Source of the DNA: Candidatus Bipolaricaulota bacterium
GTDB lineage: Bacteria > Bipolaricaulota > Bipolaricaulia > UBA7950 > UBA9294
Direction of reading: 5' to 3'
Assembly (NCBI GenBank): GCA_041302525.1
Contig: JBFYQX010000052.1
Span: forward strand, 1,518 to 65,517
Length of the DNA: 64,000 nucleotides
Shown here: positions 56,840-64,000 of the stretch, in pieces
Layout of the letters: every line of letters starts with the position of its first letter
Position numbering within the stretch: position 1 is the first letter of the stretch
The notes under the pieces: model-generated
Database searches by the model: none
Told to the model about the DNA's origin: nothing
What the model saw: the letters and a program-made list of their open reading frames with translations, nothing else
Translations under genes and position numbers: made by a program

Positions 56840-57685
56840 ATGGTGACAAAGTACTTCCAGAAGGTGGGCTCCGCCGACGGAGCGAACAAACTGCGAGACA
56901 ATCCCTGCCAGCTCCTCGACTTCATGAGGATCTTGCTCCCTGCCGGCGGATCGTACGAAGGCGACACCGCAGGACACGAGGCGCTGTTCGTGGTCTTGTC
57001 CGGCCAGGCGCGCGTGCGTGCTGCCGGCGCGGACTTCCCAAACGTCGGAGGGCGGGCCAACGTCTTCGCGGGCAAGCCGCACGCAGTCTACCTTCCGCCT
57101 CGTTGTCGATATCAGGTGGATGTCCCGAGCGGAGGACCGGGCTTCGATGCCGCTCTCGCCATGGCGAAGGCGGAGGATGGATCGGCACCCTTTCACGTCG
57201 AACCAGACGCCATCCGTTCGGGCAAGTGGGGAATCTCCAACTTCTCCAGAACGTATCACCAGATCCTCGTCCACGGGCAGCATCCTGGGCACAAGGTCAG
57301 TCGACTCATCGCGGGCGAGACGTTCACGCCGTCAGGCAACTGGTCGACGTACCCGCCGCATCGGCACGAGAAGGACGACCCGCCGCGCGAAGCGTACATG
57401 GAGGAGATGTACTACTTCCGCGTCGCTCCGTCCGACGGCTGGGGCCTCGCGCGGTACTACACCGACGACCGCCGGATCGATGATGCGTACACCATCGAGG
57501 ACAACACGATCCTCATGATGCCGAACGGGTACCACACCGTGACCTCTACGCCCGGGTACACCACCTACTACCTGTGGTTCCTCGGCGGGAACACGCGCGT
57601 GCAGGCGGCGTTCGAAGACCCCCATCTGAGCTGGGTCGGGCGGACGATTCCCATGATTCGGAACATCGAGGAGAACCTCTCATGA
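56840..57685 (+). CDS. kduI: 5-dehydro-4-deoxy-D-glucuronate isomerase (4-deoxy-L-threo-5-hexosulose-uronate ketol-isomerase)
   Basis: Bicupin KduI family over its full length (...HRHEKDDPPREAYMEEMYYF...GYHTV...). Confidence 0.85.
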   Translation: MVTKYFQKVGSADGANKLRDNPCQLLDFMRILLPAGGSYEGDTAGHEALFVVLSGQARVRAAGADFPNVGGRANVFAGKPHAVYLPPRCRYQVDVPSGGPGFDAALAMAKAEDGSAPFHVEPDAIRSGKWGISNFSRTYHQILVHGQHPGHKVSRLIAGETFTPSGNWSTYPPHRHEKDDPPREAYMEEMYYFRVAPSDGWGLARYYTDDRRIDDAYTIEDNTILMMPNGYHTVTSTPGYTTYYLWFLGGNTRVQAAFEDPHLSWVGRTIPMIRNIEENLS

Positions 57686-58446
57686 TCCTCGATCGGTTCC
57701 GTCTCGACGGCCGGGTGGCCATCGTCACAGGAGCGGCACGCGGACTCGGTCAAGGGATGGCGGTCGGCCTGGCTGAAGCAGGCGCCGACATCGTCGCGGT
57801 CGATGTGCTCTCACCCCTGGCCGAAACCCACCAGCTCGTGGAGGCCGCCGGTCGGCGCTTCGTGGAGGTCAAGGCCGACCTGTCTACGACGGCCGACATC
57901 CCTCGCATTCTGGGTGCAGCAAAGGACGCCTTCGGCCACCACGACATCCTGGTCAACAACGCGGGGATCATCCGCCGCCACCCGGCACACGAGTTTCCTG
58001 TCGAGGAGTGGGACCTCGTGATGAACGTCAACCTGCGGAGCCTGTTCTTTCTGACCCAAGCGTTCGGCCGCGCGCTGATTGCCGAGAAGAGGCCGGGGAA
58101 AGTGATCAGCGTCTGTTCCATGCTCTCGTTCTCCGGCGGCGTGTTTGTCGCTCCGTACACGGCCAGCAAGAGCGCCGTGGCCGGGATCACGCGCTTGCTG
58201 GCGAACGAGTGGGCTCCCTACGGGATCAACGTGAACGGCATTGCCCCCGGATACATGGCGACCGACAACACCGCGCCGCTCCGGGCAGATGCCGGTCGCA
58301 GCCAAGAGATTCTCGGCCGGGTTCCCCTGGGGCGTTGGGGAGAGCCCAACGACCTGCAGGGAGCCGCCGTGTTCCTGGCTTCGAGCGCGGCCGACTACAT
58401 CACCGGGACGATTCTGCGCGTGGACGGGGGGTGGCTGACGCGATGA
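57682..58446 (+). CDS. kduD: 2-dehydro-3-deoxy-D-gluconate 5-dehydrogenase (SDR)
   Basis: TGAARGLGQG cofactor motif, YTASK catalytic motif. ATGA overlap with kduI. Confidence 0.85.
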   Translation: MILDRFRLDGRVAIVTGAARGLGQGMAVGLAEAGADIVAVDVLSPLAETHQLVEAAGRRFVEVKADLSTTADIPRILGAAKDAFGHHDILVNNAGIIRRHPAHEFPVEEWDLVMNVNLRSLFFLTQAFGRALIAEKRPGKVISVCSMLSFSGGVFVAPYTASKSAVAGITRLLANEWAPYGINVNGIAPGYMATDNTAPLRADAGRSQEILGRVPLGRWGEPNDLQGAAVFLASSAADYITGTILRVDGGWLTR

Positions 58447-59441
58447 GCGGAGTCATGGACCTGGTAACGTTCGGCGAGGCCCTCGTGCGGTTGTCGCCAC
58501 CGAACTGCGCCCGTCTGGAGTCTGCCTCCCTGCTCGATGTCCACGTCGGCGGATCGGAGCTGAACACGGCCGTGGCTGCTGCGGGCCTGGGACTGTCGAC
58601 GCGCTACGTGACGCGCCTTACCCGTAACGCGCTGGGCAAGATGGTGGAGCGCGTTGCCCGCTCCTGTGCCGTCGACACATCGCACATCGCCTGGACGGAC
58701 GGCGACCGAGTAGGCCTGTACTTCACGGAGTTCGGCGCGGCCCCGCGGGCTAACTCGGTGCTTTACGACCGGAAGCACTCGGCCATCGCCGGGATCACGC
58801 CGGAGTCCGTCGATTGGAAGAGCGCGTTGGCTGGAGCGCGGGTGTTCCACACCTCGGGCATCACGCCCGCCCTGTCGCCTAGCGCGACCTCCACAACCCT
58901 CGCCGCCGTCAAGGCGGCCAAGGAGCTGTGTGTCGCAGTCTCTGTCGATCTCAACTATCGAGCGCGGTTGTGGTCTGAGAGGGACGCCCGCGCGGTGATG
59001 ACGCAGATCGCCGAGCAGGCCGACATCCTGTTCACGACGGAGGAGGACACCGCGCGGGTCTTCGGGATCCGCGAGACGTCCTACGATGATGTGGCGCGCC
59101 GCCTGGGGCGGCAGTTTGACCTGCGCGTCGTCGTGATCACGCTGCGCGAGACGCCTTCCGTATGGCACAACACGTGGAGCGCGGTAGCTTACGACGCTGA
59201 GCTCGACGAGATCTGCCGCGGCCCGCGCTACGACATCGAAGTTGTCGACCGCATCGGCGCGGGCGACTCCTTCGCCGGGGGATTTCTCTACGGGTACCTG
59301 ACGAGCGGAACGAAGGCCGGGCTGCGATACGGCACCGCGCTCTCCGCGCTCAAACAGACGATGCCGGGAGACATCGTCTACGCATCGCGCGAGGACGTGG
59401 AACGGTTGCTGCAGAGTGGCGATCTGAGGATCCAACGATGA
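58443..59441 (+). CDS. kdgK: 2-dehydro-3-deoxygluconokinase (PfkB family)
   Basis: PfkB signatures (GGSELNTAVA, DRIGAGDSFAGGFLYG). ATGA overlap with kduD. Confidence 0.85.
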   Translation: MSGVMDLVTFGEALVRLSPPNCARLESASLLDVHVGGSELNTAVAAAGLGLSTRYVTRLTRNALGKMVERVARSCAVDTSHIAWTDGDRVGLYFTEFGAAPRANSVLYDRKHSAIAGITPESVDWKSALAGARVFHTSGITPALSPSATSTTLAAVKAAKELCVAVSVDLNYRARLWSERDARAVMTQIAEQADILFTTEEDTARVFGIRETSYDDVARRLGRQFDLRVVVITLRETPSVWHNTWSAVAYDAELDEICRGPRYDIEVVDRIGAGDSFAGGFLYGYLTSGTKAGLRYGTALSALKQTMPGDIVYASREDVERLLQSGDLRIQR

Positions 59442-59708
59442 GCGAGCGATCGCGCGGTCAGCAGAGAACGGCGCTCCCAGAGGCACGGCCGACGTGCGGA
59501 TGCGGGTCGGCCCTCCGTCGCGAGCAACCGAACTGGGCGATCGCATGCCAGCACTCATAACACAACGGAGCGTCGCACCGTGCAGGGCGGCGCGTGGGGG
59601 AGGTGATCCCAGCTCGAACGAAGCGGGTCTGCCCGCAAGCGGAGCCCGCTACGCAGGATGCGACGCATGTGTCGGTACGGGAGAGCAGAACTCCCAAGGA
59701 GGTCAAAG

Positions 59709-60710
59709 ATGGTTCGGAGCAAGGGGCTAGGTTTCGCAATCTTGGTCGGTCTTGTGGTCGGGCTGGTCGGTTTCTCGGCGTGGGCTGACACCTACACGTT
59801 CACGTTTGGCCACGCGCAGCCGCTGACGCATCCGCGGCATCTGTCCATGCTGTTCTTCGAGCAGCTCGTGGAGGAGGCGTCGCAGGGGAGAATCCAGGTA
59901 GAGCTGTTCGGGGCGGCCGTCCTCGGGAGCGAGGCGGAGCTCATGGACATGGTGAAGTTGGGCACGATTCAGGGAACACGCGGCGGCGCGTTCCAGAAGG
60001 CGAGCAACAAGTACATCCTGATCACGCTGCCCTTCCTCTTCGCCAATGTGGATCAAGCACTAGCGCTCGTTCGCAGTGATGTGGGGGCGAGCATCAACGA
60101 GGCGTCCTTGGCGAACGGCTACTACGTCCCCGCCCTCGGACTGGCTGGCGGGTTCCGGCAGATCACGAACGTCGTTCGGCCGATTGAGACGCCCGCGGAC
60201 ATCGCCGGGATGAAGATCCGCGCTCCGGGCATCGAGTCGATCGTCAAGACGTTTGAGGCCCTCGGTGCCGTGGTGACGAGCATCCCGTACAACGATACGT
60301 ACATGGGGCTGAAGACCGGCGTCGCCGATGGTCAGGAGAACCCGTGCTCGAACATCGTCGAGATGAAGTTCTATGAAGTCCAGAACTACATGACGGTCGT
60401 CAACTACCAGGTTCACCCAGATCCTTTCTTCGTGAACCCGGCTTGGTACAACAGCCTGCCGGCTGATCTCCAAGCCATCTTCGACGCCGCGGCGGCCGCG
60501 ACCATGGCCTACAGCGACTCGATCTGGTTGGCGAAGGAGGACGGGTATCGGGCCTTCCTCGAGACGCAACTCGAGACCAACGTCGTGACCGATGAGAACC
60601 GCCCGCTGTTCATCAACCAGGTGGCTTCTGTGTGGCAGTACTTCATTGACAAGGGGTACTTCACCCAAGCGGAAGTCGACGCCGCGGTGGCGATCGCGTC
60701 CGGCATCTAG
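59709..60710 (+). CDS. dctP: TRAP transporter substrate-binding protein (DctP family)
   Basis: Signal peptide plus the DctP fold. AAGGAGG RBS. Confidence 0.85.
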   Translation: MVRSKGLGFAILVGLVVGLVGFSAWADTYTFTFGHAQPLTHPRHLSMLFFEQLVEEASQGRIQVELFGAAVLGSEAELMDMVKLGTIQGTRGGAFQKASNKYILITLPFLFANVDQALALVRSDVGASINEASLANGYYVPALGLAGGFRQITNVVRPIETPADIAGMKIRAPGIESIVKTFEALGAVVTSIPYNDTYMGLKTGVADGQENPCSNIVEMKFYEVQNYMTVVNYQVHPDPFFVNPAWYNSLPADLQAIFDAAAAATMAYSDSIWLAKEDGYRAFLETQLETNVVTDENRPLFINQVASVWQYFIDKGYFTQAEVDAAVAIASGI

Positions 60711-60782
60711 CAGGAGTTCGGCGCTGCCGCGCGCGTGCCATGCGCGGCAGCGCCTCTCTTCGATCCGCGAAGGAGGGCGCTG

Positions 60783-61280
60783 GTGATTGCGTGGCTGAAC
60801 CGCATCAACACAGCGGCGACCAAGGTTCTGGAGGCTTTGATCGCCCTGGTCTTCTTGGCGATGTTCGTGCTCATCGCGGTCTTGGTGATCCAGCGCTACC
60901 TCTTTTCCTCTGGTCTTTTCGGAGGCGATGAGCTTCTCGAATACCTGTTCATCTACACGAGCACGATCGGCGCGGCCGTGGTGCTGGCAAGACGCGAGCA
61001 TGTCGGCATTCCAGTCTTCTGGCAGCGGATGAAGCCCTGGGCGCGAAAGGCGTTCGACACGACCAACCACCTCGTGATCATGGTCCTGAACGTGTACATG
61101 CTGATCCTGAGCCAGAAGTGGATCGCCGGCGTCGGGGGAAGCCTGTCGACCATGCTCCGGATTCCCATGTGGGTGGTGGAAATCGCCCTGCCCATCGGAT
61201 GTGGGCTGACGGTGCTGTATGGCCTGCTCAACATCCTCGGGTCCGCGCCCCGCCGCGACGCGGACGGAGGCTGCGCATGA
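60783..61280 (+). CDS. dctQ: TRAP transporter small permease (DctQ family)
   Basis: GTG 60783 follows AAGGAGGG. 4 TM helices. The start is uncertain. Confidence 0.6.
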   Translation: MIAWLNRINTAATKVLEALIALVFLAMFVLIAVLVIQRYLFSSGLFGGDELLEYLFIYTSTIGAAVVLARREHVGIPVFWQRMKPWARKAFDTTNHLVIMVLNVYMLILSQKWIAGVGGSLSTMLRIPMWVVEIALPIGCGLTVLYGLLNILGSAPRRDADGGCA

Positions 61281-62557
61281 TACTCCTTCTCGCCAGCCTC
61301 CTCGTCTTGCTTGTCATCGGCGTTCCGATCGCCTACTCCCTCGGTTTCTCGGCCCTCCTGTACTTCCTGGTCGAGCGGCCTCAGCTCTTGCTCGTCTTGC
61401 CGCAAAGGGTGTTCTCGGGCCTTGACTCGTACGCGATGATCGCTCTACCGCTCTTCTGCCTCATGGGGCTCCTGATGAACGAGTCAGGCATCACAACGCG
61501 GCTGATCAACTTCCTCATGGTCTTCGTCGGACGCCTTCCGGGAGGCCTCGCGCTCGTGAATGTCCTCGACAGCATGGTGTTCGGAGGCATCTCCGGGTCT
61601 TCGGTCGCCGACGTCGCATCTCTCGGGACGGTGATGATCCCGGCGATGGAGAAGAGGGGGTATCCGAAGGAGTTCGCGGCCGGGATCACCGTTGCCACAG
61701 CCACGATGGGCATGATGATCCCGCCAAGCATCCCGATGGTCATCTACGCCTTCGTCTCACAGGAGTCGGTCGGCAAGCTGTTCCTGGCGGGGGCGATTCC
61801 CGGGGTCTTGGTGGGCGTCCTCATGTTCGCCCTAACCATCGGCATCTCGGCACGGCGCAAGTACCCGGTGGAGGCCGCCGGCCTCACCCTCAAAGAGGCC
61901 GCCCGGAGGATCGTGTCTGCCCTTCCCGCCGTCCTCATGCCGGTGTTCGTCGTCGGGGCCGTCGTGCTCGGAGTCACCACCGCGACGGAATCGGCCGGCG
62001 TCGGCGTCCTCTACGCGCTCATCGTCGGCGTGTTTCTCTACCGCGGACTCAAGCTTCGGGCGATCCCGCGGCTCCTGATCCAGAGCGTGCGCATGAGCGC
62101 CGCGGTCATGATCATCATTGGGTTCTCGCAGCTCTACGTCTGGATCCTGGCAATCGAGAAGGTGCCTCAGATGGTCACTTCGTTTATCTCGGGTCTCGAC
62201 CTTCCGGTCTTCGCGATTCTGCTGATCGTCGATCTTGTGATCTTGGCCATTGGCACGTTCGTTGACGTCGGGCCGGCGATCATTCTCCTCTGCCCGATTC
62301 TTCTCCCGGCGATGACCGCCATCGGGGTCTCGCCGATTCAGTTCGGCGCCATGATGATCACGGGAATGGCCGTCGGGCTCGTGACCCCGCCGGTGGGCAT
62401 GTGCTTGAACGTCGCGTCGGTCATCTCGGGGATCAATATCTTCAGGATCTTCCGGGGCGCCTTGCCCTTCATCATCATGAACGTCATCGTCCTGATCTTG
62501 ATCACGCTCGTGCCCTGGTTCTCCCTGTGGTTGCCGAACCTGCTGATGGGCGGATGA
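61277..62557 (+). CDS. dctM: TRAP transporter large permease (DctM family)
   Basis: 426 aa with 12 TM helices. ATGA overlap with dctQ. Confidence 0.85.
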   Translation: MILLLASLLVLLVIGVPIAYSLGFSALLYFLVERPQLLLVLPQRVFSGLDSYAMIALPLFCLMGLLMNESGITTRLINFLMVFVGRLPGGLALVNVLDSMVFGGISGSSVADVASLGTVMIPAMEKRGYPKEFAAGITVATATMGMMIPPSIPMVIYAFVSQESVGKLFLAGAIPGVLVGVLMFALTIGISARRKYPVEAAGLTLKEAARRIVSALPAVLMPVFVVGAVVLGVTTATESAGVGVLYALIVGVFLYRGLKLRAIPRLLIQSVRMSAAVMIIIGFSQLYVWILAIEKVPQMVTSFISGLDLPVFAILLIVDLVILAIGTFVDVGPAIILLCPILLPAMTAIGVSPIQFGAMMITGMAVGLVTPPVGMCLNVASVISGINIFRIFRGALPFIIMNVIVLILITLVPWFSLWLPNLLMGG

Positions 62558-62621
62558 GCGTGACGAGGGCGCGAAGGGCAACGTCCACTCGCGCGCAAAG
62601 AACGAACAGCAAGGAGGTCGC

Positions 62622-63008
62622 ATGTTTGGAGAGCTGGAACACGTAGGAATCGCCGCCAAGGACGTCGCTGCCTTGTCGCAGTGGTACGTCGACGTGCTGG
62701 GTTACCAAGTCGCCTATCGCGATCCGAAGACGGGAACGCAGTTCGTCAAGCACGGCGCCCGCAGCCTGCTTGAGATCACGCCAGCCAGCGATGCGCCGCG
62801 CAAGGACCGCGCGATGAAGGACGCAGGGCTGATCCATCTCGCCATCTGGACCGACAACTTCGACCGCGACTACGCGAAGCTCCAAGAGAAACGCGTGAAG
62901 TTCGTCTCGCCCGTCGACGAAGAGAAGGGAGTCAAGAAGGTCGTCTTCTTCGAGGACCCCGAGGGGAATCTGCTCCATCTGATGTGGCGACCCAAGCCGC
63001 TGGGATAG
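62622..63008 (+). CDS. VOC-family (glyoxalase/bleomycin-resistance/dioxygenase fold) protein
   Basis: 128 aa, a paired beta-alpha-beta-beta-beta module (MFGELEHVGIAAKDV...GLIHLAIWTDN...). Confidence 0.7.
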   Translation: MFGELEHVGIAAKDVAALSQWYVDVLGYQVAYRDPKTGTQFVKHGARSLLEITPASDAPRKDRAMKDAGLIHLAIWTDNFDRDYAKLQEKRVKFVSPVDEEKGVKKVVFFEDPEGNLLHLMWRPKPLG

Positions 63009-63102
63009 GCTTGGTCGTGCTAGCCCGTGGGGCGCTCGCCGGCCCAGAGGCGGCGCCCCGTTCCCGTCATCGCCAGCGACAAGCTCGAGAGGGGCGTGAA
63101 GG

Positions 63103-63741
63103 ATGGTTGCGACAGGGTGCGAACAGGCTCTCGCGCGCATGCTGCGGGAGCGGATCGTCGCGGTCGTGCGGCTCGACGACGCGGACCAAGGCCTCGACGT
63201 TGCGCGAGCGCTCGTGGCCGGCGGCGTGACGCTCATCGAGATCGCGCTTACGACGCCAGACGCCGTGGACCTCATTGCGCGGTTGCGAAAGTCCGTTCCC
63301 CAGGCCATGGTCGGCGCGGGCACGGTACTCACGATCGCCGATCTTGAGGCGCTTCGCTCGGCAGAGCCGGAGTTCGCCGTCTCGCCCATCCTCGACGCCG
63401 TCGTGGTTCGCCGTGCTCAGGAGCTTCGCCTGCTCTTCTCGCCCGGCACCTACTCGCCGACCGAAGCCTATGCAGCGTGGCAGCTGGACGTCCCCATCAT
63501 CAAAGTCTTCCCCGCCGCGCGGCTTGGCCCCAAGTACATCTCGGATCTCAAGGCGCCGATGCCGTTCCTTCGCCTGATGCCAACCGGCGGAGTTGACGAC
63601 TCGACGATCCGCGAGTTCGTCCGTTGCGGAGCCGATGCCGTCGGCGCCGGTGGGTGGCTCGTCGACGCACAGGCAATCGCTCGCGGCGAGTGGTTGACCC
63701 TGACCGAGAAGGCGCGACGACTCGTCACCGCGCTCAGCTAG
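63103..63741 (+). CDS. eda: 2-dehydro-3-deoxyphosphogluconate / 4-hydroxy-2-oxoglutarate aldolase
   Basis: 212 aa TIM barrel of the KDPG aldolase family (...GVTLIEIALTTP..., Schiff-base Lys in PIIKVFPA). Confidence 0.85.
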   Translation: MVATGCEQALARMLRERIVAVVRLDDADQGLDVARALVAGGVTLIEIALTTPDAVDLIARLRKSVPQAMVGAGTVLTIADLEALRSAEPEFAVSPILDAVVVRRAQELRLLFSPGTYSPTEAYAAWQLDVPIIKVFPAARLGPKYISDLKAPMPFLRLMPTGGVDDSTIREFVRCGADAVGAGGWLVDAQAIARGEWLTLTEKARRLVTALS

Positions 63742-63876
63742 ACGCCTCCGAGCGTGGAGCTGAGGGTTCCTTCAGCGCCTGCGCTCGCCCGTGGCCGCGC
63801 GCTTTGCGGATTCCAGCACGTTACGGGAGCAGCCGCGCGTTGCAGCGGAGCACGTGCCCCGTAGATCGCCGCATCA

Positions 63877-63907
63877 TGCAATCCTGCATTCGAAATGCAG
63901 GATTGCA
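63877..63907. repeat. Perfect 14-bp-arm palindrome TGCAATCCTGCATT-cga-AATGCAGGATTGCA downstream of eda
   Basis: Read directly from the sequence. It is AT-richer than its surroundings. An ORF (MTEWKPDARSA...) begins 8 nt after it and runs off the window. Confidence 0.6.
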
Positions 63908-64000
63908 CACAGATGACAGAGTGGAAACCAGACGCACGTTCAGCGCCATCGAGGCCAGACCGTCCGCAATGTCACGCCCGGCGATGGCCGACGCCATCCT

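Noticed and set aside
59442-59708. KdgR operator in the 267-bp kdgK-dctP spacer (odd palindrome ATGCGaCGCAT)
   Set aside because: It does not resemble described KdgR boxes, and a short palindrome is expected by chance at this GC content. Not reported as a feature.

Overview
High-GC (~70%) chromosomal segment, probably from an actinobacterium or Chloroflexi-like organism; the gene content is mostly core and metabolic. Genes are densely packed, with frequent 4-nt ATGA/GTGA stop-start overlaps. The six-frame track is full of long spurious ORFs, as expected at this GC content. Recognisable content: a 7TM HD-GYP phosphodiesterase; an rpsF-ssb-rpsR operon; a very unusual single-frame SHMT-GcvT fusion (about 1066 aa); M29 and M20D peptidases next to a LysW-like zinc-ribbon protein with a polyacidic tail; CorA; YchF; an SPT-like alpha-oxoamine synthase with an SDR (sphingoid-base-like module); a second EF-G; TldD/PmbA; an OmpR/HK two-component system with a periplasmic protein and a znuABC locus whose znuA carries an in-frame internal deletion; lysine-ketoglutarate reductase with saccharopine dehydrogenase; tRNA-Val and tRNA-Cys; a secreted Ig/FN3-repeat protein; an F1Fo ATP synthase operon (atpI-B-E-F-H-A-G-D) with no adjacent atpC; frr; two trkA genes and a P2-type ATPase; and a KdgR(IclR)-kduI-kduD-kdgK-TRAP(dctPQM)-VOC-eda uronate catabolic cluster. 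Unexplained structure worth a second look: (1) an array of about eight degenerate 126-139 bp tandem units with GNRA hairpins where atpC would normally sit; (2) a triplicated atpG leader and 5' end; (3) tandem duplicated small single-TM ORFs upstream of the HD-GYP gene; (4) an interleaved anti-SD/SD leader structure in front of a 53-aa membrane protein; (5) leaderless promoters with perfect -10 boxes; (6) a three-gene hypothetical cassette (unknown protein, DUF606 membrane protein, nuclease-like wHTH protein).
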